64,000 nt of DNA from Hormiphora californensis. Taxonomy: Eukaryota > Animalia > Ctenophora. Where the stretch lies: contig CM035362.1 in NCBI GenBank assembly GCA_020137815.1, forward strand, positions 4,340,001 to 4,404,000, in the 5' to 3' direction. The notes under the pieces were generated by a model, which was given only the letters and a program-made list of their open reading frames with translations, did no database searches and had not been told where the DNA came from. Numbering within the stretch: position 1 is the first letter of the stretch; the number at the start of each line of letters is the position of its first letter. Both the position numbers and the translations under genes were made by a program. This document shows positions 50,301 through 63,518 of this stretch, piece after piece.

Positions 50301-53300
50301 TTAGAACGGACGCTACAAAGGGTTTGCTTCTCATACTCGTATCCCCCAGGCCCCAAATCGTTACAATGGCGGTTATCAAGGTCATGATCACTGTAATAAA
50401 TCCTACAATCTGTGGAAAGGCTGTTGTTAATTAGGAGTAATTGCATTAATAAAGAAAAGTCAGGAATCCAGGATTGGATATTATACATGCAATTGCAATT
50501 GCAATTAATTGCATGTCGTTATAATACTGTTTTGCTTTTTAGACAGATCTACCTAATAAAATCTACTGTTGTGTCCGGGGCGCGGTATACATATATTACT
50601 AACGGGTGACAACTAAAAATTGTTACTAATTTAAAACAGCTGTAGAATTTTTCCCTTTTGAGATACAGCTTCGGGCCAGTGATAGAACGATTTTTCAGAC
50701 AATTTTGAATCATGATAACATAACGGCGATGACTAAAACGTTCATTCTCATAGCGATATCGGATCATTTCCTCTTGCCCCACCAAAGCATATAGTACGGA
50801 GATTTGAAATTTCTATGTTATCAGAAACGACCTTCCCGATGAGATAGAATTCTCATAATTGGAAGTCTGGTTGTTCATGCCATAACCAACATAACTGCCA
50901 AGTTTGAAGATTTTGGCTGATTAGGAAGTTGGGTTTCCACGGTCATTAATGTTTCGAGAGATGTCGAAATGGCGATTTCTCAAATTACCTGTAAATTACG
51001 CTTTGTTACAGAAGATTCTGATCAAGAATTGAGATTTATGAAGTTTGAAGCAAAGTTAATTTCGTTCAAAATTGTCTGAAAAATCATTCTATCACTGTCC
51101 CGAAGCTGTATTTCGACTAGAACAGGCGCTAGAGGTGCTAGAAAAACGTGTAGATTTCACGGACTATATACTTTGGTGGGGCAAGAGGAAATGATCCGAT
51201 ATCGCTATGAGAATGAACGTTTTAGTCATCGCCGTTATGTTTTTCTGATTCAAAATTGTCTGAAAAATCGTTCTATCACTGGCCCGAAGCTGTATCTCAA
51301 AAGGGAAAAATTCTACAGCTGTTTTAAATTAGTAACAATTTTTAGTTGTCACCCGTTATTGTTACCTCAAACCTGCTGAAATCTCGTTCACTCAACATGG
51401 TCTCATCTCCTTGGTTGCTCATACTCGTTCTACCCTGTGTAATATGTGTTCGGGGCCTGGCAAGGCCCCCCGACCCGAATATAACCCAAACTCAACCCAT
51501 CCCCCTAAAACACCCCCCTAAAACACCCCCCTAAAACTAAAACAACGGGGCCGAGCCGACAGGCCCTTAATACCAGATGAAAAAAAACCATTCGGGGCCT
51601 GGCAAGGCCCCCCGACCCGAATATAACCCAAACTCAACCCTCCCCCCTAAAACATCCCCCCTAAAACTAAAACAACGGGGCCGAGCCGACAGGCCCTTAA
51701 TACCAGATGAAAAAAAAACCATAACCATAACCATAACCATAAACCATAAAACCATAGATATTTTTAGAGTGAAAGTTTTGAAGCCCCCTGAAGTAGTAGA
51801 GAGGTGTTCTATGGCTCGTTGGAAAGGTCTCGAGGTCCCGCGACGTATAGGGGGTGTGGCGATGGGTGTGCCCAAACCTATAAGGGGTAGGACGCGAAAA
51901 ACAGTCAAAATAAGGGGTATACAGAACTCGGTAATTAGAAGGAGTATAAAGGTGTTCTAGGGTGCGTTCGAAAGCTCTCGAGGTGCTGAAGTAATTGGAA
52001 TGTAATTGGAAGTAATTACATGTAATTAAAATGTAATTACATGTAATTAAAGGGTAATTACATGTAATTAAAAGGTCTAAATGACCCCAAATGACAATTC
52101 AGACATATTTTGACATATTTGGAGGCCCTGAGACCACCGGGTGGCAAAATTTAATCCGGTTTCGGGTCGGCTGACGTAAAAACTCCGCGTTTTGGTCGAG
52201 GTAAACCATAACCATAACCATAAAACCATAGATATTTTTAGAGTGAAAGTTTTGAAGCCCCCTGAAGTAGTAGAGAGGTGTTCTATGGCTCGTTGGAAAG
52301 GTCTCGAGGTCCCGCGACGTATAGGGGGTGTGGCGATGGCCATACCCAAACCTATAAGGGGTAGGACGCGAAAAACAGTCAAAATAAGGGGTATACAGAA
52401 CTCGGCAATTAGAAGGAGTAGAGAGGTGTTCTATTGCTCGTTGGAAAGGTCTCGAGGTGCTGAAGTAATTGGAATGTAATTGGAAGTAATTACATGTAAT
52501 TAAAGGGTAATTACATGTAATTAAAAGGTCTAAATGACCCGAAATGATAATTTAAACATATTTTGACATAATTTGAGGCCCTGAGACCAGCGGGCGGCCA
52601 AATTTAATCCGGTTTCGGGTCGGCTGACGTAAAAACTCCGCGTTTTGGTCGAGGTAATATAATATGAAGTATCATTTAGTTTGGTTTGGCCACGAACACA
52701 GACAAGCCCAATAGTCACACAGCCGATTTAGTGATCTTTCTAAAACGTCGCAAACACGGCATTTGGGTCAATTTGTCCGAATTCAATCGTGAACAACTTT
52801 GAATGTTTCAACGAGAGGGGCGTAACACGGTTCTGATTCGTTCAAAACACCAAAAGATTTACCAGGTACTTGCTGTTATGATATAGTATAGCGCACGGTT
52901 CGTAGAGGGCAGTCTTTAGTGAGACAACAAAAGGTCGGCACATCTTGTTGAGTAACTCAACAAGGCACGTTCAATCAAATTAATCATAGCGCTGGCCAGC
53001 ACCCTGGGGCCCATCAATACCATTTTATTGTTGTGAAAGTTTCTAAGGTCCGTGGATAGTTCTGTTGTTATCCCCTCGTCGCTAACATCCGGCCTCCCAG
53101 TGCCACCTCCTCCAGCAGCAGGACTGGTGTTCTTGAATGAATCGTACTGCCACCGCTGTACTACCGCCCTGTAGTAGGTTGACAATATTAACCAAACTTG
53201 TGTACAACCTCCAAAAAACTTGTCCAATTCTGATTCTGTCCACTCTCACTTTAAAACTGTTTATTAGCCTCATTCAGAGTTTGTGTTATTCTCTCTGTCA

Positions 53301-56300
53301 ATATATTTGTAATTAAACAACTTGTAAATTCAGATAGTTGTATTGATCAGATATAGTTCTGTTGATTAGCCTCATTTAGATTGACCGAGTTCTATCTGAC
53401 AATCGTGTAATTTCGAGCATTTTGTCTTTTTCTCGCTCTCAAAAGACCAGTTTATCGCTGAGTTAATTCTAATACAATGGGCATGCACGCTCAGATCATA
53501 CACAGAGAGGGAGAGTAAATTGAACCCATTGTATCGTGTAATTTTGTTTCGGTCCTTTTTACTGAGAATACTGACGGCAGGATAAATATCGGGTGATTGT
53601 TTATAATGCCACACATTGTATGTTGGATTTCAATAGCATGTCAATATATCCTTCCAACAGTATTTCATCATCTTGAACAGATGGCCATAGAACCAGGAAC
53701 CGACCTGATCATAAGATACTGGTCCCTGATTGACGGATTATCAGTCACGTGACCTAAATAACGAGTTCTGATTGGTTGTTTACTTGTTTCGGTCGGTTCC
53801 TGCCATAGAACCTACCTACGTAGTAACTTCATATTGTTAGTTACCAGGAACCGACCGACACAAGTAAACAACCAATCAGAACTCGTTATTTTGGTCACGT
53901 GACTGGATATCAACCAATCAGGGACCAGTATTTCCTGTTAGTTACCCGACATGTTGCGAGATGCGTGGTAGAATACTCAGAATTATCCCCATCACCAGCA
54001 GACATATCTTTGTAGCCACAAACTCCGTTGACAGGCTGTTGTAGTAGGCCCAAAAATACCTGACATGTGGGAAATTGTGTGTCATAATGACGTCATAATA
54101 CGTGGGAAATTGTGTGTCATAATGACGTCATAATGACGTGGGAAATTGTGTGTCATAATGACGTCATATAATGACGTGGGAAATTGTGTGTCATAATGAC
54201 GTCATAATGACGTGGGAAATTATCATAATCATGATAATGTACAGCATAATATGGAATACAGGACCCGGAGCATTGGCTATCGATTAACATAATAATGATA
54301 TTGCTATGATGAATAATATCACTACTTTATTATCTTACTTGTCTTTATCGTCCTTGATGCTCTTTATCGACTGCGAAGTTAACGTCATTAGCCCGAGGAC
54401 CGTGAGAGGGACACTGGAAATAACCATCGATTAAACAGTATTTGTTTTTGCTTCAAGGATATTGATCAATATCCTTGATATAATGCCACAGATTAGACTC
54501 TAAACTGTGTCTAAACTGTCTGAATCAGACACAGTTTATTATTGCCATGGGCGCTGAAACCTGAGATGATGTTTTGATCAACTCCAGCTAGTCCTGATAA
54601 TGATATAAGTCTAGGCAGTAGGCATGGAAAAGTCTAATGCCTGTATAATATACTTTCTAGGGATGATTATACCGCGATAATTATCTTTCATTGGTAGTCT
54701 GTCAGAGCATTGGCCTGACCCTATTCTCATAGGGTCTGTGGTCGGAGAACTGTGGTCAGAGCATTGGCCTGACAGTTGGTGGTAGACCACGTACAATTAT
54801 ATAATTCTCAGACTCAACGCAAGACACGTGGATTCCAGTGTTCCAAGTTGGAACACTCGGTTTCAATATATCGATGAAACGTAAGCATATATTATGTATA
54901 TGTGCTTACTTCATCGATATATTAGGTTTTTATAGAAACCACAATTCAACTCACACGCGTCTTTACATAACCCGCATAACCCAAAAGCTAAATATACACT
55001 ATGCACTATGATATTGTTATTCCTCTCATAACATAGTGTGTACGTACCACTATATATATTCAAGGCCGACCCTTCTCGTTTCATAGCATAGTACATTTTA
55101 AAGTACCGTGTGCGGCAAAAAAAATCCCCCCCTAGACCACCATAGTTGCCGATGTGGTGGAGAGCTGTAACTTGGCAGGGTTGCTCCACTATGTCTATCT
55201 TGATCCTGACAGAAAAATCAGAGCTCTAGCTCAAAATTCATTTTTTTGATAGGAATGAACATTGTCATTCATTCCAAGAAAAAAATATTTTCGGTCCAGA
55301 ATTCAAGCAATTATCTTTGGCCATCGATTAGCTTTCCAATGTGACCAAGATCATCTCAATTGGGCAACCACAAGAGACACAGTGTCATGTTTCTTAAAGT
55401 TAGTCAGGTCATGTGATCTTCACCGAATCGTTGAGTGTTCAGTATTACGAATCGGTCTAAGTGGTAGAGAATCACGTATCACGGCTACTAATGAGGGATG
55501 ACGATGCTGATTGGTCATGAGATCTGTAGCTCTTTGATAAATGTCCTCTTTCCTCGAATCACATTACCCTGTATTGGTACACATACCTCATTAGCGGCCG
55601 TGATACGAGATTCCTCTGCCCATTGGCTCGATTAGCAATCCCGGATAATCAACGATTCGGTGAAGATCACATGACCTGACTAACTTTAAGAAACATGACA
55701 CTGTGTCTCTTGTGGTTGCCCAATTTAGATGATCTTGGTCACATTGGAAAGCTAATCGATGGCCAAAGATAATTGCTTGAATTCTGGACCGAAAATATTT
55801 TTTTCTTGGAATGAATGACAATGTTCATTCCTATCAAAAAAATGAATTTTGAGCTAGAGCTCTGATTTTTCTGTCAGGATCAAGATAGACATAGTGGAGC
55901 AACCCTGCCAAGTTACAGCTCTCCACCACATCGGCAACTATGGTGGTCTAGGGGGGGGATTTTTTTTGCCGCACACGGTAGTATACTGTCATGTAGTAAG
56001 TTGCTTTTTGTCGTGAATAGTGTCCCGGAAATGAAGGGCTCCAGGCATTGCCAGCTGTGTGTATAATGTTCAGCTTCTATTAACTTGTTTTCAGTTTTAG
56101 ATTCAAATTGTTAAATCCGAATTCTACTACAGTCGGACCCCGGCCGATTTAGTGGCCCCCGATTTAGTGGCCCCCCGATTTAGTGGCAGGATTTTTGCCA
56201 CTATAAAATCGGGGTCCGACTGTATTAATAAGTATAACTTGTTTTAACTTTTAGATACAAATTGTAATGGTGGTATTTGAGTACATTGAGTTTCCTCCAC

Positions 56301-59300
56301 ACGGAGCTGTCTTCCAAAACGCAACCAAAACCACGACCAACACCCTCGATATAACTTTTGGAAGTTTGAGTCTCCTACTCTGCATCCTATCACTCCCACT
56401 AAACTGCACTGTGGTACTACTAAAACGCAGATCAAGACGCCGCCGGTGGACTCTAGCAAACACACTCTTCTGCATCCAAGCAGTTGGTTTTGTGGTTTTC
56501 ATGTTTTCAACCCTGCCCCTCGTCTTCAAACTCCTATCTCCCAGTTTCCAGGGTGATTCAGGGAGAAATGCAAGTGTTGTCGAGGGAATGGCAACGGCAC
56601 TCCGTCAATACATACGGGCATCCCTGGTTATGATCAATTTGATCCTGTCACTGACGAGAATGCTGAAAATCAGGGACGAGTTCCGAGAGATTAAAACTCG
56701 CTGGGTGGTGTTGTTTAGTGTTTTCTACAGCGTTGTCATGGCAACCATTCTAACTCATCGATCAGTGTGGGGTAACAGCGGAAACAGGAAATACATCACC
56801 CTGACACAAAACGTTCAGACAGTTTCTATAACTCCAAGGGACTATAAGATAAACCTTGATGTAGCGAGTTTCTTTATCATTCTCATAGTCACCAATCTGA
56901 CATCGCTCTTGTGTACCCTCTACTCAGTCCACCTGCTACGAAGAAAGCCTAGTGTTGCAAATAATGACAGAGGAAGGAGAATTACCCGGGCATGCCGGAC
57001 ACTTCTTGTTATGAACTCTGTGGAAATATTTAATATTGGATTAACATGTCTTATCTGGGGTTTCATCGCACGATCAGGTGATATGGACCTGGATTCAATT
57101 CGCTGGTTAGCTGCTTTGGTGTTCTTTACCGCCGGACCAATGGATTTGGTGACTTCTGTCAGTACACCTGCGGCTATACTGGGTTTTGGGTACACCAGAC
57201 ACGATGTCTTTACCGCCATGAGGGGTGTCAGTAGGAGGATTGGAGTTTCAAGCACCACTCTATAATAGAGGTATGCAGTAACCATGACACTGTTTGACAC
57301 TGTTTGAATGCATGATCTATCCCAGTATTGGTGCCGTGCTGATATTTTGCGCTAACAATCATTCTTAAAGTTCATCGAAGTGTGTTTCCTTTACGATGTT
57401 GTTGTTACTCAACAATTACGATGTACCTCGCTACCTCTCCCTTGCCAGTGCAAGAATCCTCGGAGAGTATGCGAAGGAAAGGGTTATTAATATTATGATG
57501 GGTAACCAATTTACTCACACGGTTACGAAATACCCCCTGGCCGCTGGCCCCTCTACAGACCATCGCGTGCTGGCAAGAAAGGGGTAACTTCGTTATCTTT
57601 TTACTTACACAGTTAGGAGAGTTAGTAGAATCCAGACGGCTCTTTTCAGATATTGTTGTTGAACTCGAGACCCCTCAGCCAGAGACAAACACAGGAGGTA
57701 ACTGCAACCAAACAGGCAATACATTGACTGAAATGGAAGTAATTTGAAAAAAACCCTAGCTTCCAATATCCTGTATGGCGGCGCCATACCCCATTTGATT
57801 CTCAACAGTGCGCTCAGATGGGTCGCGGCGCCAGACAGCCAATATCTCTGTTTGATTTTATAAAGTCACAGTTGCCAAACAGAAAAACTCTTCATGGTCA
57901 AGTGTTTTAACAGATTTCATGTGAATTAAAAACTAATTGATGTTGGATTAGATGCTATATTCGACTTACGGAAGATGCGGTTCTTCCATATGCGGCCCAC
58001 TTCATGGTCAGATTAACGGTTCTTGTCATTGTGTCGTCAATCTTTATGGAGGACCATATCAACACCATGATGCTGTGCAGTATCTGGGGTGGGGGTGGGG
58101 TCGGGGGAGGACCATAGCAACACCATAACGCTGTGCAGTATCTGGGGAGGGGGGTGGAGGGGTGGGGTCGGGGGAGGACCATAGCAACACCATAATGCTG
58201 TGCAGTATCTGGTGGGGGTGGGGTCGGGGGAGGACCATAGCAACACCATAATGCTGTGCAGTATCTGGTGGGGGGGGGGGGGGGTGTGGCATGATAATAA
58301 CGCTGTTCTATGGGGGTTTAATCACGGCTAAATAAATAATTAATTAAATACTCGTGTTTTGATTTGTTAATTAATTGATTTGTTACCTACCAGACAACTA
58401 AGGCTAATTAATATTAATTGATTTGATACCTACCAGACAGATACACTGAGCAATTAGTATCCGGTAGAGAATCTTTTTCCATCGTTTCAGATAAAGTAGC
58501 ACTAACAATAACCACAACTGTGAGAGTAACGTGTATGGGAATGGCCCTTAGTGGGTGAGATTAACACGTGACTTCATAAGTAACGTGACGTCACAAGTAG
58601 CCATGGTCATGTACAAAGCATATTTTGTGGCCAGGAGGACACTACCATTAAAACCCGCTCCCTGTTTGCCACCGACGAGACGACGAACTACATCAGTATG
58701 TATTACCGGTGGCAAGCGCCCGGGCCCAATCCTCCCTCCCCCAACCATCCTTCCCCTAAACAATTTCCCTCTTCCAAGCATCCTTCCAGTAAACGGAAAA
58801 TCGAAATTGCGAAAAAATCTTACCGCGACAACAAGTGTGCAGTATCCGATATATTTCTCAACAACATCAATGACTGCAGTCAACTCCCCACTTTGCAGGG
58901 CACACGTGGTAATGTAGTAGAGGGAGAGAAGGAGGGTACTGACTGGAGCGAAACAGATAGTGGTGACTGTTACTATCGTAGCAAACTGAGGGAGAGGGAG
59001 ATGTATAGTTTTATGAAGGAGCAAATTGGGGAGGGGTGTTATTTATTGAGGGAGAGGTCTAATGGGTGCATCCTATTCCAGGAGATCTTTTCCACCCAAT
59101 TTACCGGTCTGGCGGCGCTGACCCGATCTGATGGATCAAATGGGGGTCTGTTGGCACCGCCAGGCAGCGGTTAATCTGTCAGGCCAATGCTCTGACCACA
59201 GTTCTCACGTGCACAATATTTGGGAGACATGAGAATAGGGTCAGGTCAATGCTCTGACAGCGGTCAATCGAGTTTGGGTAAAATCAAATTAGGTTCCGGA

Positions 59301-62300
59301 TAAAACATAGCTCGTTCCCCTGAATAAGACACTTACAATTGGAGTGTACATCTCGTATAGACTAGCCAGTATTACAACAGTGGGTGAAACCGGCAACGTT
59401 CCTGGTAGAGGAAGTTATTTGTGTTATTTGTATTATTTTTGGGGGCGTTGAGTAGCAAACAACTAATATGAAATGAGTCATTGGTGAGTCATTGGTCGGA
59501 TAAGTGAAGGACTGATTGAATGAGGCACCGAATCCGTAATCTATACTATCCGGTCATTTTGAAGCAATTGAAAACATTATTACCCACCCACCATAAAGAT
59601 AGAATAGCACGCTGGTGTCACTGTCCATCCCATTGTTGGAGGTGTTGGACGGATTGAAGGACTTCAGGGCTTCGTAAGCACCACTCAGTAGCAGAGGGGA
59701 TAACCCCCTGAGGGTTATAGGGGGTGGGGTCGTGTTAGTACTAAAATATTATCAATGAAACTATAAGGAAACCACGTGCACGCGTGGTTAGATCGGAAAC
59801 ATGAACGATGGTGACTCAACAACTTACAATTTGAGTAAGGGGTGACTCAACAACTTACAGTTTGGGTAAGGGGTGACTCAACTTTACTTACAATTTAATG
59901 ACGGTAACACCAGCTATAACGATACAGGACCGGGAGGTGAGATGGTTGTTTGCGCTTCCAACCATTACCAGCCCTGTATACACCAGGGACAACTGAAATG
60001 GGGTCGGGTTTTAGTGGGGTGTATTTACATGTGCAGCAACCGACCGAATCAGGAAATACTGGTCCCTGATTGGCTGATAACCAGTCATGTGACCTAAATA
60101 ACGAGTTCTGATTGGTTGTTTACTTGTTTCGGTCGGTTCCTGTACATGTGCAAACTGTTCTTTGCCGATACGATCAATAACAAACTGCAGCATCGAGAAA
60201 CGTTCTATCAAACAATGTCAGTGAGCTATTCGTGGGATAAACCCTCGACAAAATTTGAATAAGATTCGTTACATGTAGCAACCAATATTATATTTATCAG
60301 TAATTTACCGTTGCTTAGCAACCAATATACTTACTGGAGGGATGGTGCTAGAAAGTTGACTGAGGAACGTCTCCCCAAAGTTGGCCTGGAAGTTAACGAC
60401 CCCGACGGGAGATTCCTTGCCCTGAACAGAATCAAAAGTTGGATCAGAGCATATCATGGTTAGCTGTTAGGGTTAGAATCAAATGTCAACAAGTTGGATC
60501 AGTTCCTACAGAGAAATTTTTGTGCAAAAACTAGACTTTAATCCAAGTGCCAGACCCCATTTTGACTCAGATCGACAACGCCAAACAGTACTTACCGGGC
60601 AAATGACCCTGCGGAAAAGTCGGATTACAACACCAAGTAGTACAGCTAAAATAACAGGCTGAATTAGAGTCCTGAGAAAGGCAAATAGCACCGATTTGGG
60701 CCATTGGAGGGACAACTGAAAAGAGAGAATTCAGGATTTAATGTAATATTTTAGTAACACTCTCAGCTGTGTTGTATCTAAAAAGCTCTGATCTCTCTTC
60801 ATCTCAAGAGTCAACTGTTCTCTCTTCTTGTTTGTCCTATCAAATACTAGCTAATGGCTAGCTAATCGGTTGGTATCGAAGACACCTCACACTTCGGAGG
60901 GAGGGGTAACTTCGTTACCGAGCTAACCGAGGGGGGGGACTGAATGGTAGTATCTCACCTCTTTGTTCCTCTTTAGTTCCATTATGAAGAGAACGAGAGG
61001 AACGATTGTGACATATGACAGCAGTAGAGTGACTGTCAGGTATGCGTCGTAGTGCTCGTCTGAACTTTTGGTGGAGTTGGTTGAGTTCCGGAATAGTGCC
61101 TTTACTGGAGGAGGAAGAGATTTTACAACTCTCTGACAACTACCGATATTGTTCCTACCATTTGCGGCGAACTTGAGGGGGTGATAAACTAAGTAACTAA
61201 GTATTACTAATTGTTTTATGGGGAACTAGTGGACTTAAACTGCCTCAGGGGGAAGGTCATACCTAGAGTTAGAGGACACTTTAGATTCTTAGATTCTTAG
61301 ATTCTTAGATTCTTAGATTCTTACTCTGGCAGTTCTTACCTAAAGGAAGTCCAACTCCATAATCGTTACTGTAAACCACACTGGCTGCACAAAGGAACAC
61401 AGCCGACCTGGAGAACAAATCAATTAATTAATTAATTAATCTGGAGACCAGATAGTTCCATATTAATTAAAATCAATCAGTCAATTAGCTAATTACTACG
61501 TTAGTAAGGGAATATAGTACATCCCATCTAACGGTATGTACTATAATAATACTAATCTAACGGTACTATTATTTAATACTCACCAAAGAATGGCCCATAC
61601 ATTGATACGTGCAGTATACTCACCACGGTACGGCCCTACATTGCTACGTGCAGTATACTCACCAAGGGACGGCCCTGCTGTTCCTGATAACATAAAGTCC
61701 GATAGCAACACACACAGAAAACAAGAATGACTTCACGGAGCAAATCCCAATAATGAAGAAACTTGTTTGAGAAGTCAGCTTGTTGAAATCCAGGGACAAA
61801 ACCTGAAAAGGAACACAAGTATTACTTCTATCAGAAACACCGGCCATAAAAAACGGTGCCTCATTGTTTCACATATCAGCACAAATTTTGTGACAAAATG
61901 AACAACCACAACTAAATAAATTGCAATTGTTATCATTTATTACACACCATTTGATCAGAAAGGTGTTTTGTTTGAACGAATTTATTTATTGATATACCTG
62001 GTGAAGGACCCCCGCGGGTAGGGCAATATTGAAGACGTAGGAGGCCAGAACATTCTTACTCCGAGCTGTTGGGAGAATTCCAAACTTCCCACAAAGATAA
62101 CCACCTGCAGAGAAAACACTGTCAGAGCATTAGCAGTGGAAACAGCGACGGTTAGGCAGCAGGGGAAGTATAGATGATAGGCATGGCGACGTGCGGTACT
62201 GTACGGGCTGGTATAGTAGGGGAAGTTGGCTTAAGAGCAGACCAGTAGGGGTAGAAGAGGAGTCGTAGAGGGGTAGTTGAGGGGTAGTTGAGGGTAAAAG

Positions 62301-62584
62301 ATGGGTTGAGTTGAGGGGTAGAAGATGGGTAGAACTCTACCCATCTTCTAGAAGAACTTACACAGTATCAGAAGGGTGGTGGTAAGGAAGTATGGGTAGA
62401 AACTGAGGCAGGCAGTTTGCACCAGGCAGGAAGAGTTTTGTATGGATTGTCCGTCAGTACAGATTATCCCCAAATTGTGGTGGGCTAAAACAGGAAAAAG
62501 CTTAATAAATTAGCGATACTTTAGAGATAGTACATTTATAGGTTGAATAGATGGACAAAAAAGTGGATCCTTCCTCTTACCCAT
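47301..62584 (-). CDS. GPR155: GPR155/LYCHOS: PIN-like transporter domain + GPCR-like domain + C-terminal DEP domain; last exon not recoverable
   Basis: Exons (approximate) 62581-62584, 62362-62484, 61998-62104 (YVFNIALPA), 61663-61802, 61340-61407 (SNDYGVGLPL), 60959-61104, 60596-60715, 60335-60421, 59892-59992, 59591-59707 (FYLYG), 59337-59401 (TLPVSPTV), 58824-58985, 58433-58516, 57970-58083, 57609-57727, 54339-54413, 53946-54059, 51366-51434, 50274-50409, 47867-47991, 47646-47743 (CQRFARYHQTAC), 47301-47415 (DEP: FTGEDFVAWLINVGLAGDRQEGVHYGERL). Confidence 0.92.
48421..49599. mobile_element. Foldback element with internal duplication in the right arm
   Basis: TATATAGTCTAGTGAAAACGTGTCC termini; arms pair to a centre near 48915; ~165 bp repeated at 49080-49240 and 49243-49402. 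Confidence 0.85.
49626..50308. repeat. 38 bp x 18 tandem array copied from a GPR155 exon end plus donor site
   Basis: Unit accattgaaaagccacaagttgtgctggat(c/t)agaacgt, period 38. Confidence 0.95.
50600..51358. mobile_element. Non-autonomous element with ~190 bp TIRs
   Basis: taacgggtgacaac...gttgtcacccgtta; mirror-image ORFs 50549-50785(-) and 51173-51379(+). Confidence 0.85.
51448..52657. repeat. Compound repeat: 2 x ~140 bp unit followed by 2 x ~460-480 bp unit
   Basis: ttcggggcctggcaaggcccccc at ~51449 and ~51591; aaccataaaaccatagat...ttttggtcgaggtaa at ~51740-52205 and ~52215-52657. Confidence 0.8.
53694..53802 (-). mobile_element. 109 bp hAT-type MITE
   Basis: Flanked by CCATAGAAC duplication. 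Confidence 0.85.
53845..53937 (+). mobile_element. Truncated hAT-type MITE ending at internal CCTG
   Basis: 8 bp TSD TTAGTTAC despite missing the right TIR. Confidence 0.8.
54066..54225. repeat. ~36 bp repeat carrying TGACGTCA palindromes next to a GPR155 acceptor
   Basis: gtgggaaattgtgtgtcataatgacgtcataatgac x ~4. Confidence 0.85.
55104..55980. mobile_element. TA-flanked element with ~330 bp near-perfect TIRs (Tc1/mariner/pogo-type)
   Basis: taccgtgtgcggcaaaaaaaatcccccc termini; mirror ORFs 55262-55501(+) and 55591-55821(-). Confidence 0.9.
56128..56224. mobile_element. CAGTCGGACCCCG-family MITE 42 bp upstream of the GPCR ATG
   Basis: TIRs with TA flanks. Confidence 0.85.
56267..57265 (+). 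CDS. Intronless 7TM rhodopsin-like orphan GPCR (332 aa), antisense in a GPR155 intron
   Basis: Single ORF with about seven hydrophobic segments, N-terminal NAT sequon, TM1 Asn (LPLN), TM3 end LSLTRMLKI (degenerate DRY region), basic third intracellular loop. Confidence 0.85.
   Translation: MVVFEYIEFPPHGAVFQNATKTTTNTLDITFGSLSLLLCILSLPLNCTVVLLKRRSRRRRWTLANTLFCIQAVGFVVFMFSTLPLVFKLLSPSFQGDSGRNASVVEGMATALRQYIRASLVMINLILSLTRMLKIRDEFREIKTRWVVLFSVFYSVVMATILTHRSVWGNSGNRKYITLTQNVQTVSITPRDYKINLDVASFFIILIVTNLTSLLCTLYSVHLLRRKPSVANNDRGRRITRACRTLLVMNSVEIFNIGLTCLIWGFIARSGDMDLDSIRWLAALVFFTAGPMDLVTSVSTPAAILGFGYTRHDVFTAMRGVSRRIGVSSTTL
58048..58290. repeat. ~60 bp x 4 repeat of a GPR155 acceptor plus exon start
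   Basis: ggaggaccatagcaacaccataatgctgtgcagtatctgg repeated. Confidence 0.9.
59176..59260 (+). repeat. Dispersed ~80 bp element with direct GTCAGGCCAATGCTCTGAC repeats
   Basis: Related copies at ~9121-9192, ~23147, ~26623, ~47548-47620, ~48187-48230 and ~54698-54775 (reverse). Confidence 0.75.
60034..60142 (-). mobile_element. 109 bp hAT-type MITE
   Basis: 8 bp TSD TACATGTG. Confidence 0.9.
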
Positions 62585-63518
62585 TAAATATTTCAATCAA
62601 GAACAAAGATAAAAAGACACGAACACGACAAGCAGAGGAAGTAAAGAAAGCTGCTTGACAGTAGGTAACTTGATAGTATTAGTGCATTTGTAGCAGGTTT
62701 TATCTGAGCTAGTTCATCTCGCTTCACTCATTATTTTATCTGAGGTATAGAAAGGGGAAACTCTAACTGAATGGCATCCCATTAATGGGATCCCATCAAC
62801 AGTAAAACTCTCACTGATAATGGACCACAGTGATGGTTCTTTCTCGGTATACAGACTAGTTCATCTCGATTCATTGTCACATACATAGTTACCACCCAGT
62901 TGCAATGTCATCAAGTATCAACTGTGGGAACGAAGAGGGTCACCACTCACCCGGTGGAGCTGCGTGGCTTGTCAAAACCCATTCATACTATTATAAGAGG
63001 GGCACCCTGCTAGTGCGTCTATAATATGTCTATAGTACGTCTCCCACAAATCATGATTTGCTATAATAGGTCCTTGGAGTTGCCTCTAATCTATCCAATT
63101 AACATGACACACAACAGAAAGCTGCACACGACAGAACGAAATCTGATCAACCCAGGTCGGAACCCTGAAGAGTCGTTGATGGCTGCGCGCACAGTCCTGG
63201 AAACAAGCGAAGTGCCGACACTGGTGATACTTTATCACAGGCGACACCTCGCGCGTTACATAAAGTCGCTGTAATTTGTGTGTCTTGGTACGGAATTGGG
63301 ACAAATTGATAAACGACAAACTTTCCAATGGTGTGGAAAAGTAAAACAAATAAATAGAATTGCCACATAAAAACTTCAGCTGGCCCAAAAATTGTCTGAA
63401 TTTCTTACAGTTCAGCTCTGCAATAGTCATTGGCTTTCTGAGCAGATTATAAAAAACTGTCCGATTTTCTCTGAGAGATTTGCTTTTTACAATCTAAGTC
63501 CCCTCTCTCTCTTTCTTC

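Noticed and set aside
49626-50308. CRISPR-like array (38 bp repeats)
   Set aside because: Units are contiguous with no unique spacers, no cas genes are present, and the unit derives from a GPR155 exon
52916-53273. Overlapping minus-strand ORFs in a GPR155 intron
   Set aside because: No recognisable domain or clear splice sites; could hide a small GPR155 exon but not demonstrable
62680-63430. Small gene or ncRNA upstream of GPR155
   Set aside because: Splice-like sites exist but no consistent open frame or RNA motif; probably 5' UTR or promoter
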